From NCBI GenBank assembly GCA_030390025.1, contig CM059432.1:21950001-22014000 (forward strand): 64,000 nt of DNA. Reading direction: 5' to 3'. The DNA is from Squalus acanthias (lineage: Eukaryota). The notes below the pieces were generated by a model. It was not told where the DNA came from. It worked only from the letters and a program-made list of their open reading frames with translations, and searched no databases. The stretch's first letter is position 1. Each line of letters begins with the position of its first letter. Of the stretch, positions 1 through 13,540 are shown one piece after another. The translations under genes and the position numbers were made by a program.

Positions 1-1383
1 GCCCACAATAGGAGGGAGCAGCAGAGAACAGGCGGGGATGATGCGCAGCTCCAGCAGCTTTCAGACCTTGAGGAGCGAGTGCTGTGACTCATCGGGTGCC
101 AGGTGGTGGGCGGCGTGGCCGTCAGCAACGTCGGCCCCTTGGGGTCAACAACGGTATGTTGATCCCCTCTCCTTCTCTCATCCCACTTCCCCCTCACACC
201 ACAAGCCTTTCCCACTTTCCGGCTCCTGATGCTGTCTGCATTCCTTGTTCCCTTCCTGTCCCCCTGCCCTCACCTTAACGCAAGTCTCGTGCCTTTATGC
301 ATTCAGAGAATCAGCAACCTGATGACCAGTCTGTCCATGAGCCTCCCACTGAGAGTGAAGAAGGAGAAGAGGAGGAGGAGCAACGCACCGCGTCACTGCA
401 TCTCTCACCCGCAGGCACCACCTCAGATACTGACACTATGCAATCTTTAGAGGCAACTTTAGTAGAGGGGTCTGCACTGGGTGAGGCACCAGGGAGGAGC
501 AGGCTGCAGCAAGGACGGAGGGGAAGGGTAGCTCGGGAGCCAGCTCCCTGGAGGGCGAGTTCTGCTGCACAGGACTCAGTTGAAGACCTCGATGGGGAGG
601 CGTTCACAAGAAGGGTGATAGGCATGCACTCCGAGATGATAGGTGCAATGGCAAGGGTGCCTGAGAGCCTCTTGGCAATGGTAAGGAGCATGGAGGAGTC
701 CGCCTCCAACATTGCACAGAGCTCTGCGCACACCATGGAGCCCATCATTTCCACTCTGCAGAGGATGGTAGACTCCCAGAGAGACCATGCGGATCCAGAT
801 CTCATGGGCGATGTGGCAGCTTCCATTGCAGCACAGGCGGAAGTGATGCAATGTCTCATCAGTGCTGCCATGCAGTCAATGGTTGGTGGCATCAAATCTC
901 AGACTGCTCTCATGCAGATGTCACACAAGCTCTGACTGTTGCCATCATCGCTGGGTCCACCACAGCCCACCGGGGATCTGACGGTGTCGCAGCAGGCCAG
1001 CAATCTGTGCTCCAGCAGATTGGTAGGGATGCTGAGGTGCTGCCCCGGGGGAGTGGGAGTGGGTTAGTGGAGCAGGAACCTGCTGTCCACTCTCAGGATG
1101 ACAGCATTCCTGATCCCATCACTGCCACTCCGCCATTGCACTTGTTGCTGCCTGTCATCCAGCCAGCCCAGACTGCTGCTGCCCTTCCTGAGGTGGCGCA
1201 GTGTACAGCCAGGCCTTCTAGAGCTGGTTGAGGGTGTTGTGCAAGGCCATCTGTAGTCTCTGGCACTGACACTCAGCAGCCTTCCACCAGCCCTGCTGCA
1301 GCCACTGGGGAGACACTACGTAGGAGCAATTGATTAGGAAAAGGCACTGTAAAGAGGGGAAGTAAGGGTTTGCACAAGGGTAA
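1..1383 (+). pseudogene. Harbinger Myb/SANT-like accessory gene, end of exon 2 and exon 3, frameshifted
   Basis: ORFs 297-935 and 851-1231 match ORFs 56344-57526 (EDLDGEAF.R.V.GMH.EMIGAMA, MEPIIS.LQRM, QQSVLQQI). A gtatgt donor lies near 154 and an acceptor near 306. Confidence 0.8.
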
Positions 1384-1898
1384 TTAGTTAATATTGTTGT
1401 TGTATACATGTGGTTCCAGAATTTGGATACATTTATTATTGGAATGTTGCAGATTTGGGGCTGTGTCTCATCTCAGCTTTGGGGTGTGGTATGGAATCAG
1501 AAATTGATGGAATGATGGGGACGTGCTGAGCAACCGGGAGGTGGCCTCGAATTCATTGCAACCGAAGTCTGATGAGGCGGCCATGAGGAGAAATGCTGCC
1601 GGAATACCCTGGGAGGGTAAAGCCTCCTGTTGAGAGCCCACAAGGCCAATTGAGTGGCGGCCTCCTCCGTCGCTGCTGTTGGCGCTCCTCCTCCTCCTCC
1701 TCCTCGTCTCCCACTTCCTCCTCCTGAGGTGGTGCAGCTATGCATGATGGCCAAGTTATGGAGCATGCAGCAGACGACGACAACAACCGCTTGGCCGAGT
1801 ACTGGAGGGCTCCTCCCGAGCGGTCAAGGCAGCAGAACCGTTGCTTGTGCACCCCGGAGGCGCTAACTTGAGGTGCTAAGGTACCAAATTTCTCCCCC
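1..1898. mobile_element. PIF/Harbinger DNA transposon (family A), internally deleted copy truncated by the window start
   Basis: Bases 1-1390 parallel Myb exons 2-3 of the 55271-59368 element. The transposase C-terminus is on the minus strand (1500-1850, ...QRFCCLDRSGGALQYS...). The copy ends in aaatttctccccc followed by TAA. Confidence 0.85.
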
Positions 1899-3593
1899 TA
1901 AATTTGCGCATGGTCCCTTTAAGGAAACCGGCTGATGACATGTCATCAAATGACGTCATCAGACCCGCTTCCTTCAATTGGCCGGGAAACGCGCTTGGCG
2001 TGTAATGGAATAGCCATATTTCAGAAAAATACACCATCCTATGAACAGAATTCTGATTTTATTTCAACATGACAAACTGGGTTTAAAAATCTAAAAGCCT
2101 CAACGACACAAGCCGTAAACAGAAATACAGGCTTCTGAGATAAGATGAATTGTTAACACAAAGCTGTAAACACCATACAAGCTTTTGAAATGGGAAATGG
2201 TTGTAAATACTAAGACAATGGCCTCATTGAAACAGAGGGTTGTAGGTTCCAAGGAGTCTGCAGTTTGGAACCAACACAATAGCTATACCCAGTTTAAAGT
2301 GTTAAAAATAAACATGTTGAACAGAAACACAGAACATTAAAAAACCATGTGCCTTTGTAAAAGTAACATCAAATGAAACAGGAAACACGATTATATATAT
2401 ACAACCAATTAAAGTAGCTAAGAAATGCAAAGAACACCCCAGATGAAGTGTTTTTAATTTACATGTTGTAAAAGATACCTACAGAAGACTTTGAAAATAT
2501 TACATCAATAGATGTACCAAGGAATCACATTGTTTATGTTTTGAACTTGGAACACAAGGAGACGAGAAGTCTGCTAATAACCAGTTAAGCCAATATTAAG
2601 AATTGAATGGAAGACCTTCGATAAGAATGGTATCAAAGAGATAAATCTGTTGTAGCCATTTTATGATAAGTTTTTGAAACACCTATACAGCAGACACGAT
2701 TCTGAAAGTTAACAGCTAAATTGACAGTAAGAATAGAAAAAAAGTCAACAGAAAGGATGACTAGAGATAATTAGCTTACATCAGCAGAAAACTTCAAAGG
2801 ATAAACCACTAAAAAAAAGGTATAAAAATAGAGCTTTTCAGATAGAAAGTCAGAAGTCGCTGGAAAGGCAAATGAATCTCTTACTCTTCAGAGGCAGGTT
2901 CTGTAAGTTTTTAACCCTTTGAGTCTCGGGGATCAAGAGATACTTTTATTTGATTTTGGTGGATATTCTGGATTAAGAATAAGTAGAAGTGTGGAAATGT
3001 AACAAAGTTAAGATTTGAGAATAAGGATCTCTGATAAGAAATGTAAGCTATTTATATTTTGAACTGTTAAAGTTGCGATTGAATCAACAACTTTTAGCTG
3101 AATGTCGGTTCTTTAATAAAGCTATATATTTTTAGAATTGTCTCACAGAGTAATTTTGTATCAACCTCGCGAACTCAATTTCTGTACACTCTTTTGTGAG
3201 GAGTTGCAGAATTCTGGGGGGGTTTTCCGGACCCTCATAATATCCGGAAGGTTACAGTCTAGTTAAACTTATTAAAAGTACTATCCAGAGGACGGGAACA
3301 TCTTCAGGCAGTTTCTTTCCTTTAAGGAGAGGTAGTCTGACCTTTAGACCCAATTAAGTGTCTTATAGGATTCGGCTATCTCTAACTTTAGTTGAAGGGG
3401 AACGTCTGGGGAATACGCCTGATCTGGGGTAGCCCGAGAAGGGCTAGGACTAATAATTATCTCTGCAGGCGGGCTTAACACATCCAATAATCGGAAAATC
3501 ATCTCACAGAGTGGGCTGGAGCCAACAGTGAGGTCGGGAACCATCACCGACCCCGGCCGCAGCGATCCCACTGAGGTAGGGGAAATCAGGGCC
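1899..3593 (-). mobile_element. Terminal/promoter region of a second Harbinger family (B), interrupted by a solo LTR
   Basis: 1901-2000 joined to 3468-3593 is the reverse complement of 33851-34070 (TGACGTCA sites, aagcccgcc). It ends in gaaatcagggcc. Confidence 0.65.
2001..3467 (+). mobile_element. Solo LTR (1467 bp) of an endogenous retrovirus or LTR retrotransposon
   Basis: It starts TGTAA and ends TGCA. The 4-bp TSD GGCG is at 1997-2000 and 3468-3471, and the flanks rejoin as continuous Harbinger sequence. TATAAAA is at 2821 and AATAAA at 3115. Confidence 0.85.
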
Positions 3594-3724
3594 AAAATGA
3601 TAAATTGTAGATATCAAATAGTAAAGTTTTCTGTGAAAGTCAACTAGATATACCCTGGGGCAAGGTCTCCTTTGTGTAACAAGAATGCAAACTCATTGAC
3701 TGGATTGCGATTGGAGGCAGATCT

Positions 3725-6387
3725 GGTGGGAAATTTGCAATAACTTGGAGCGGGTCCGAAACCCACCATCATCCCGCCCCCATGTGCCTTTCCCTCTGGC
3801 ATGTTTGCCGGCGCGGCAGCGACCCGAACGGCAGATGAGGGCGAGCTAATTTAAATCATTATCAGGTACTTGTCAGACCATTAAGCACCTTTTTAACCCT
3901 ACCTTTCAAATTTCCCTAGATGACCATGGGAATCATGCAGCTCAGGAACTACGTCTGTCAACCTGAGGCGAAGGTTGAGTGGCCATTGATCCAGCTGATT
4001 AGTGCACAGCATGGAAAGTACAATAAAAACTCCCACGTCACAGCTGATCACTTTCCTCAGGCAGATGCTGTTGCTGACTGCATTGCCAGCACAGATTTAG
4101 CTTTCTACAGGCTGCAAATGTTTTCAGCAAAGTCACCATCCAAAGTCACCTCATTGTTAGAACCTATCACCTCATTGACAGATTGCTTTTATCATCTCTA
4201 CTTGACCTGCCATCTATTCCATCAGCATGGGTGCCGTTTATACTGTCTTGGTCCTCAGAATTGGACCATGATGAGCCCCAACACTAGCAGCAACAGGCAC
4301 ACAACAGCACCAACAAAAACACCAGCAACCTTCTCCTCTACCACTTGATGCTGCACAGGACAGAGGGCATCAGTGCAGGGCTGCACCGCGCCAGAGGCCG
4401 TACCCCCAACACAGGGTCTACAGGCAGAGGATGAGCTTCTTCAACATGACTGAGCAGCAGTGCCAAAGGAGGCTCAGGCTATTGCACCAGGTCATCGCAG
4501 ACATTTGCAGATTGCTGGAGCATGACCTGCAGCCCAGAGAGTGGATGGACACGCCTTACCAGTGGCTGTCAAAGTCACCAGCGCCCTCAACTTCTTCGCC
4601 TCAGTCTCTTTCCAGGGATCTGCAGCAGACATTTGTGTTATCTCGCAGTCGGCCATTCACAGATGCATCACACAGGTCACCGATGCCCTGTTTGACAAAT
4701 CAGCCAATTAGATCAACAGGTGACAACACTACTCTATCACACGTGGGACCCACCGAGGTGTGAGTATGTGCGTTGGTGCTGGGTGCGCTTATGTCTGGTG
4801 GCGGTGCGCCCTCAGAGGCTGGAGACTCCTCTAAGGAGTCGTCTTCCTCTTGCTCCTGGACAGTGTGTGGGGGGGGGCTCTTGATGGACATGTTGCAGAG
4901 TAAAGCGATGAGTTAGATATGTCATATAAACAATGGGTACAGATACCATTATGCACGTGATGACCATTCACTGGCTGCTGACATCAGTCCCCATATGAGT
5001 GATTCATGTATGCCATTTAGCTGTATTAAAAGTAATTCTGTCACCAGGTTACTGAGATGTCCCCCTCTCTCCGTATCCCACCTCCAGCTGCTCGGTGACT
5101 CCCGAAACTTCTAAGGCTGCCTCCTCTGCTATTGTTAGGGTTGCCAATGATGGCGTTCCACCTCCGGTTCTCTCCCTCTTATTGTGGGCTCTCTTTTCCT
5201 GCAAGGAGGGAAAGAAGAGAAAGTTGAGTGAGAGTGATGGAATGAGTTTAAGGAATGGATGGGTTACATCTTTAGAGGGAGACTGTGATGGAGTGGGGTG
5301 CCAAAGCCAAGTGGCCTCCTTGTGTGTTGTTAGTTGGTATGATTGCATTAGGATGAGGGTAGTGTGAGGGGTGGCTAGTCAGATGGGGATGTGAGTGTGT
5401 AGATAGAGAGAGAGGGATGGGTGGACATGCAAGGTATGTTAGTGTGAGTAAGGATGTGCAGGAGTAGGGTCGGGAAGGCAGAGTGATGGGAATGTGATGA
5501 GAGGCACAGCAGGATGCAGTTGAGTGTGACTTTGTATTCACCTTTACTGATCTACTGAGATCATTGAAACGTATCTGGCACTGCACCCAGGTCCTCCTCA
5601 CCACATCCCTGCTGTTCACCTCCTCTGCTATTTGGAGCCAGGCTCTTTTGGTCTCCTGTGGAAGTCTCTTCCGCCCATTAGAAGGGAAGAGGATCTCCCT
5701 GCCTGCTCTGACTTCCTCCACAAGCACATGAAGGGAGTCATGGGAGAACCTGGGTGCAGCCCTCTGTCTCTGTGCAGTCATCTCTGGAAATGTTTGCTGC
5801 AGTCATAGAATCATAGAATCATAGAAGATAGGAGCAGGAGTAGGCCATTCGGCCCCTCTAGCCTGCTCCGCCATTCAATGTGATCATGGCTGATCATCCA
5901 AATTCAGTACCCTGTCCCTGCTTTCTCCCCATATCCCTTGATCCCTTTAGCCTTAAGAAATATATCCAACTCCTTCTTGAATCTATTTAATGAATTGGCC
6001 TCTACTGCCTTCTGTGGTAGAGAATTCCACAGGTTCACCACTCTCTGAGTGAAGAAATTCCTCCTCATTTCTGTCCTAAATGGCTTACCCCTTATCCTTA
6101 GACTGTGACCCCTGATCAATTGTACAGTGTGCTGCCTGCACACTCCTAGATGAACCTTCAAATATAATATGGCCATGGCCCCTTTAAATATCCCGGCTGA
6201 AAAAGCGTCACTGATGAGGTCATCAGACCCGCACCATTTAGTAGAGCTGGGTAATGCGCAGGGTGGGCTTAATCAGACCCATTAACGCAAAGTCGATTTC
6301 AGGAGCAGGATGGAATCAGCAATGGAGTCGCGACCTGCCATGCCAACTGCCTGCATTCGACCCGCCCAGGTAAACAAAATTCCGGCC
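3725..6387. mobile_element. Harbinger element (family B-like), degenerate, with transposase remnant (+) and Myb gene (-)
   Basis: The + strand at 4230-4720 gives [15 protein letters not shown]...[15 protein letters not shown]...SQSAIHRCI. The - strand at 5781-5050 gives a Myb/SANT4-like PRFSHDSLHVLVEEV...AW..IAEEVN...RTWVQCQIRFNDL. TIR-like ends are ggtgggaaattt and aaaattccggcc. Confidence 0.75.
5803..6113 (-). mobile_element. CR1 LINE 3' fragment inserted in the Harbinger
   Basis: RGHSLRIRG...RRNFFTQRVVNLWNSLP motif and a (catagaat)n tail. Confidence 0.9.
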
Positions 6388-6858
6388 ATTCTTTACAAAC
6401 TTTACAAATAGTGCCCTTGTCATATGAGGTTTTTTGTTCCCTGAGAAGCCACAGTGAAGGCCCAAGGCCTATCATCCAGGGTTAAAAAAAGTAAAACAGA
6501 TGACTAAGCACACCAGAAAGTAGTGATTAAGTAACATCAAGGTTGAGTTTTAAAAGTCTGTAGATTGTAGAATAAAGGAAAGATGGAAGAAGTTAAGGAG
6601 ATTTAGAGTTTAGAGGTCCTGGTAGCGACAGAGTTATGTTAGGAGACTCGACTGGGAGTACTAATTTTAACACAGAGAGGACATTTCGGATCCTATGTTG
6701 TGAAACTGGCAGCACTCTTTGGCATCATTTTGTTGTCTGATGTTAGCTGTGGCTCAGTGGTAGCACTCTTGCCTCTCACATGTGGGTTTGAGTCCCACTC
6801 CAGAGACTAGAGCTCAAAATCTAGGCTCACACTCCAGTGCAGTACTGTTGGAGATGTG

Positions 6859-7606
6859 GGCCCATATTTTCCGATGCCTACGGGTGTACACACCTGTAGG
6901 GACATCGGAAATGCCGGTTTCAGGCATGCAAAGCGCATGCGCTGAAAACTGGCATTTCCGATCTGTCAAGAATGCTCTTGACAGATTGCACGCCTGCCCT
7001 GGAGAAGGGCCTCTGCGGGGGGAGAGTTCCGCTTTCTGCAGAACCTCTGCCCGCTGAAAACCCTTAGAAATCTTACGCCTGGTAAAAGCAGGCATAAGGC
7101 CTGCTTTTACCAGCAGATGAGTTGAAAAAAGTTTAAAAACATTTTTTTTCACTCATTTATAATTTAAAAATACTTTTAAAAAAGGTAAGTTTATTTTTAG
7201 CCCTGTAAAAAACTTTAATTATTTTTTTCAAAAAATTTAATTTTTGTTTAAAATATTTAATTTAATGTAATTTTAACTCATTTTTAAAATGTGGTGTTTT
7301 TTTTTAAGTGTATTTAATGTTTTAGTATCTTTTTGGGGTGATCTTCATTCATATATTTGACAGGTCTATCTGTCAAAAGTATGAACGGAGAGTCCCTTAT
7401 CCTATTGGCTGGCCTGGCCCACGTGATCCCAGGGATGTTTGCGAACTGCATGCACCCCTGCGATACGTGGGCCCTGCGCATTTCGACTTTGGAGAGGCCC
7501 AGGATCGGAAGTGTCCAGACCTCGGGAGCCCTCAGGTAAGTTCGTAGATTTTTTTCCGATAGGAGGCCTCCACATGCAGGAAGCCTCCTATCGGAAATTA
7601 CGAGCC
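6859..7606. mobile_element. Harbinger-type MITE (family C)
   Basis: TIRs ggcccatattttccga / tcggaaattacgagcc, 3-bp TSD GTG, AT-rich core. Confidence 0.85.
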
Positions 7607-7760
7607 GTGGTCTTTTCAGATGAGATGTTAAACTGAGGTCCCATCTGCCCCCTCAAGTGGACATAAAAGCTTCCTCGGTGCTATTTTGAAGAAGAGCAGG
7701 GGAGTCCAGGCCAATATTTATCCTTCAACCAACATTGCTAAAACAGATTCACTGGACATT

Positions 7761-8527
7761 GGCCCAGAAATTCGGCTCCCTGGCTTCCCTGCGGGTGCAA
7801 GGATCCCGCGCGCACCTACCTACCGCGCCTGCCGTTGACCTCTGGGCCCACGGGGACTTCAGCTCCTGGGCCTCCCCCAACTGCCAGCTCACAGTGTGTG
7901 CGTGTCCCAGGGGCGCAGTTAGTGCGATGCGTCCCCTGGGATCACGTGGGCCATGGAGAGCCAATGGCAGCAGACCATCTTTCATTCATAGATTTGACAG
8001 GAAGACCTGTCAAATCTATGAATTGAAATCGGCCCCAAAACAACACCTAAACTTCAAATAAATTTTAAAAAAAAACATCACATTTTTAAAATAACTATAA
8101 GTTAAATAAATTAACTACTTTAAACAAAAATTTAAATTTTTGACAAAATTAAAATACTATTTAACAGTGCTAAAAATAAACTTACCTTTCTTTAAAGTAT
8201 CTAAAAAAGATAAACCTGTTGAACATTTTTTTAAATTAGAATTAATTAACCACTTACCTTGTTGAAAACGGGTCTTGCGCCTTCTTTTTAAAAGCGCAGC
8301 TTCTTCAATACTTACCCTCCCGGAGAAACCTGAAAAAAAACCTAAGTTCGCTGCATGCACGCAGCCTCTACCGTGCATGCGGTTCACCTCTGAACCGCTC
8401 CCTTCACCAGACCGGAAGTTCCGGTTTCCCGCGCATGCGCAGTGCATGCAGGAAACCAGCACTTCAGGAGGCCTTACGGGTGAGTACACAGTGTGTACTC
8501 ACCCGGCAAGTGCCGAATTTTTGGCCC
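7761..8527. mobile_element. Harbinger-type MITE (family C, opposite orientation)
   Basis: TIRs ggcccagaaattcggc / gccgaatttttggccc and TSD ATT. Confidence 0.85.
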
Positions 8528-8805
8528 ATTATCTCATTGTTGTTTGTGGGCGCTTGCTGTATGCAAATTGGCTGCTGCATTTCCTACATTACAACAGTGA
8601 CTATACTTTAAAAAAAAAGTACATAATTGGCTGTAAAGTGCCATGGGATTTCCTGAGGTTGTGAAAGGTGCATTAGTCTCTCTTTTAGTCATCATGTCAC
8701 TGTTGAGTTGAAACGACATTTGAAAACATCCATGAAAAAGAAATAGTCAGCCCAACTGGCAAGAGGAGCTACTTAAAATGAAAATGTATTATCTGGTAGA
8801 TAATA

Positions 8806-9564
8806 GGGTGGAAATTGCAGTCGGAGGCTTGCCGCGGGTGAACGCCTCCAAACCGCAAGAAAACTCCACACCTACCTGATTGCTCCGGACCTTCGAACAC
8901 TTGCGCTCCTGGGCCTGCAGTCGTACGCCTGCATAAAGGGCCATGTATCCCAGAGGCACATGCGGTTCGCAAGTGTCCCTGGGACCACGTAGGCCAACCC
9001 AACCAATCACAAAGCGGGATTCCCATTATGCTTATGGGGATTCCATTTATGTATGGAATCCCCATAAGCATAATAGAAATCACCTAAAAAATACATTTCA
9101 CAACACTGAAATAAAAATAAATCATCACAGGTTCAAAATTAATTAAAATACCATTTAATGAAACATTTAAAATAAAAATTTAATTTTTTGAAAAATAAAT
9201 TTAAACAGTTTTAAATGGGACAAAAATAACCTAAACTAATTTTAAATGTAAGGGAATATTAAAATTTTATTTTAACATTTATTTAAACCCTTACGCTGGT
9301 AAAAGAAGGCCTTACATCTGCTTTTACCAGGCGTAAGGGTTTGGTGGGCATTCGCTGGGCAGTAGTTGAGCAAATCGCCCAACTCTGTGCCGACGAATGT
9401 CCATTTCCCGGGGATGCGGAGGATCTGTCCAGCAGAAACTTGACTGATCGCAAGTTCCGGGTTTTTGCGCATGTGCATCGCATGCGGAAACCCGGAACAT
9501 GCGGGGCACTACGACGGCCTACACTCTGCGCGTACGCGGTCATAGGCCCCAGAAAATCCGGGCC
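8806..9564. mobile_element. Harbinger-type MITE (family C)
   Basis: It shares the ctggtaaaag...cttttaccag hairpin, gcgcatg palindromes and the AT core with the two neighbouring MITEs. The TSD is not clean. Confidence 0.75.
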
Positions 9565-10834
9565 TTTATAAATTCTAACAGATATGGGTAGGTGAATTTT
9601 AAGAACGTAATCCAATTCTGAGGTGCAGATGATGGGCATAAATGCCTTCAGGTTTCCTCTCAAGGTCTATGATGCTATCTGAAAGCCTTGATTGGATTAC
9701 TGCCTGCTGATTTGATTTCAGGTATCCATTATGCTCTGGAGTGAAAATATACAACTTTACAGCAAATCAAGCAAAAAAATATGTAACGGGATAAAGGTGA
9801 ATGCTCGTTTTATCATGTAAACTCAGTGATTTTATCAGTATTTTTATTTGACTCATAACATTAGTACTCTTGTTGCTGAGCTAACTAGTTGTGGACGCTA
9901 AACCTCATTCTGGGGAGGTGAATTGTAATTTGGAGAGGGCTCCCAAAACTACTCCAACGAGTTAATATCCCGCCCACCAGCAACAACAAGAGTCCTTTCG
10001 TGATCCTAGCTTCCGGGGCCTCATTTGAATGCCGCCTGTACACTTACTGCCCAGAACGGGCAAGAAGAGGGGGCTGAGCAGCTGCTGGGTGCTGGAATTC
10101 GAGTGGCCAATGGCTGCCCACCAGCTTCCAGGTAGATGGCGGGGAGGGTCTCACGGAAGGGAATGGGGGAGGATTCTGGGCAGTGGTGACCGCGACTTTC
10201 CTTGCGAGGCATAGAGGAGCAGTCTTGCTCTCCTAGCCCCGGAAAGGAAAGTTTCTGACTTACCTTTTGAGCTTCTTCTTATTTTCCGACAGCTGTCAAC
10301 CTGCTTTCACCTAGTGCGAAAATTGCGCGGCATCCCTGCTCACACTGAATTAAAATGTAATTCAGGTCCTATTGACGCAATAAGACACCAAATTGCATAA
10401 ATTCATGAGGTCCTATTGAATGTTTCTATTGAATCTGCTTCCACCACCCTTTCAGGCAGTGCATTCCAGATCACAACAACTCACTGTGTAAAAAATGTTT
10501 CCTCATGTTGAACCACCTTAAATCTGTGTCCTTTGGTTACTGACCCTTCTGCCACTGGAAACAGTTTCTCCTTATGTACTCTATCAAAACCATTCATGAT
10601 TTTGAACATCTCTATCAAATCTCCTCTTAACCTTCTCTTGTCTGTTTCCTAGTAAAAATGTCTCCCTCAACCAAAACCATTACAATTAGATAAACCTATT
10701 TTTCATCTTATTACAGTTTGTCAGATGTTGCTGTGCAAAATGGCTGCTACATAACAACAGTCACTGTGCTTCAAAATAATAATTGCGCTTGATCAGCTTT
10801 GATGAGGGCAAGTTTATTTTCCCTTTAAATTATG

Positions 10835-12095
10835 ATTACATAGGATTACATAGGATATACGGCACAAAAACAGGCCATTTGGCCCAAGCAGTCCATGCCG
10901 GCGTTTATGCTTCACATGAGCCTCCTCCTGTCTTTCCTCATCTAAATCTATCAGTATAACCCTCTATTCCCTTTTCCCTCATATGCTTGTCTAGCCTCCC
11001 CTTCAATGCATCTATACTATTCGCTTCAACCACTCCCTGTGGTAGCGAGTTCCACATTCTCACCACTTTTTGGGTAAAGAAGTTTCTTCTGAATTCCCTA
11101 TTGGATTTCTTGGTGACTATCTTATATTGATGGCCTTTAGTTATGTTCTTCCCCACAAGTGCAAACATTCTCTCTGTATCCACTCTATCAACATTTTTCA
11201 TAATTTTAAAGACCTCTATTAGGTCACCCCTCAGCCTTCTTTTTTCAAGAGAAAAGAGACCCAGCCTGTTCATCCTTTCCTGATATGTATACCCTCGCAT
11301 TTCTGGTATCATCCTTGTAAATCTTCTCTGCACCCTCTCCAGTGCCTCTATATCCTTTTTATAATATGGCGACCAGAACTGTACGCAATACTCTAAGGTT
11401 AGATTCAGGTTTAGCATAACTTCCCTACTTTTCAATTCTATATCTCTAGAAATAAACCCTAGTGCTTGGTTTGCTTTTTTTATGGCCTGGCTAACCTGCG
11501 TCGCAACTTTTAGTGATTTGTGTATTGGTACTCCGAGATCCCTTTGTTCCTCTACCCCACCTAGACTCACACCTCCAAGTGATAAGTGACCTCCCTATTA
11601 TTCCTACCAAAATGTAATACCTCACATTTATCTGTGTTGAACTTCATTTGCCAATTATATGCCCATTCTGCAAGTTTATTAATGTCCTCCTGTAACTTGT
11701 TGCAGTCCTCCTCAGTATTGACTATCCCCCCCCAATTTGGTGTCATCCACAAATTTAGAAATTGTGTTTTTGATTCCTAAGTCTAAATCGTTAATGTAAA
11801 TTGTGAACAGCAGTGGTCCCAGCACCGATCCTTGTGGAGCACCACTACCTATCTTCTGCCACTGTGAATAGCTACCCTTTACTCCTACTCTCTGCTTTCT
11901 GTCCTGAAGCCAGCCAGCAATCCATTCTGCTACTTGCCCCCTGACTCCGCATTCTCTGACCTTATTCATCAGTCTATTATGGGGTATCTTATCGAAGGCC
12001 TTTTGAAAATCCAGATAAATTACATCTACTGCATTACCATTGTCTACTCTCTCTGTTACCTCTTCAAAAAATTCAATAAGGTTGGTCAAGCAAGG
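10835..12095 (-). mobile_element. CR1 LINE, 5'-truncated (RT domain to 3' UTR)
   Basis: [33 protein letters not shown] motifs and a (gattacatag)n tail. Confidence 0.95.
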
Positions 12096-13169
12096 CTGAT
12101 GTAGTTGGGCATGTTCCATTGCCTGAGCCGCAGGAGTTAATGAATCATGATGTAATGGAGGAGTTATCTTCTCTGAATGTGATGGTGCTGCTGGCCCTGG
12201 GTTCTGATAACATCCAATGAGAGCGAGTCATTATAAGTCATGAGGAACTCAAATTGATTAGATGTGACCTTATTTATATTTTTGCCCCTCTGGACTGTGG
12301 TCTTCTCCTGTCCAAAAGATTATGACGTTACTATGAAAGGCAAATCTGAATCTCAGATGAAAGCACATAATGGTTCTTGGCCCATTTTCAACCTCTTTCT
12401 CCCTTTCTGAAGTCATCAACACATGCTGTTAAAAGCAGCACCTCAAGTGGATAATGCCATTAAAAAAACAATAGAATACTGGATTTTATGGGAAGTTGTT
12501 TATTGAGATGTAATTGTGAATCAATATACGACTTTAGTAATGCCATAGCTGAAGTACCGAGGCAGTTTCTGGGCTCCATACCATAAGATGGATGTTGAGG
12601 CAATAGAGAGGGTAAAAATTGGTATGCATCACATCCATTTTTCGGGTGTATAACGGGGGAAAAACATACCAATTTAGCAGTGGGACGCCCTGCGCCCAAG
12701 CTGCGCAGGCATTTGTCCCACTGCTAAATTTGTGGGGGCCTTTTTAAGACATTGGAAAAACAGGCAATAGGCTCTTTAATTATATAAACAGGCCTAATGC
12801 TTGTTTAAAGACCCCATCCAGAAATTAGTTGGTAATGAACAGGGCAGGCGTTGGGCCTGCCTCGCTCAGAATTCTACAGCAGCCCATGTGGCCGCCAATG
12901 AAAGCTGCTAAATTATTATTAAATGTTTAAGAAAAGGTCCTGTAGAGCCAGAGATGGCTTGACATTGATCTCTTCGCTTGGGCGAGCTGCCTGTGGAGGC
13001 ATGACCAGCGTCGGCAGCTTGTGCTAAGTATGCTGATGAGGCCCAAGTTCCCAAACAGGCCAAACCAGCAAGTAAGAATTATAACTGGGTCCGAGTTGCC
13101 TGGGCTTTGACGGCTGGATTGCCAGGTATCGGGGGGTCACATGTCATCCTTGGGTACAGGTTGAACACC

Positions 13170-13540
13170 TCAATCTAAGCTGGTACACCAATGCAGTAGT
13201 GAGGGAGTGCTGCAATGTCAGAAATGCCATCTTTTGGATGCAATGGCAAACTGAGGCCTATCTCCCTCTTCAGTGCCTTGGTTGAATGTTGAATATCCCA
13301 TAATATTATTCAAAGAAGAGTTGGAGTTCTCCGGGTGTTCTGTCTTACAGTGCTTCCTCAACACCAACAAAACAGAATAAGTGGTCATTCAGTTCACTAC
13401 TGATTATGAAATCTTGCCATGTGCAAATTGGCTGAAATGTTTGCTTAAAATAACAGTCAATGCATTTCAATGTAATTCATTGTATGCAGCACAATTTGAA
13501 ATATTTGAGAAGCACTATAAGGTGTCAATTAAGCCCAAGT
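13170..13540 (+). mobile_element. Degenerate Deu-domain SINE body
   Basis: gagggagtgctgca...aaactgaggcc...aaagaagag core. Confidence 0.7.

Larger units (their letters stand above)
6741..8675 (+). mobile_element. tRNA-derived Deu-domain SINE (SacSINE1/AmnSINE-like), interrupted by two MITEs
   Basis: A-box tggctcagtgg, B-box gtttgagtccc and the Deu core gatgagatgttaaactgagg...gaagaagagcagggg. It is colinear with the copy at 37638-38075. Confidence 0.85.
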
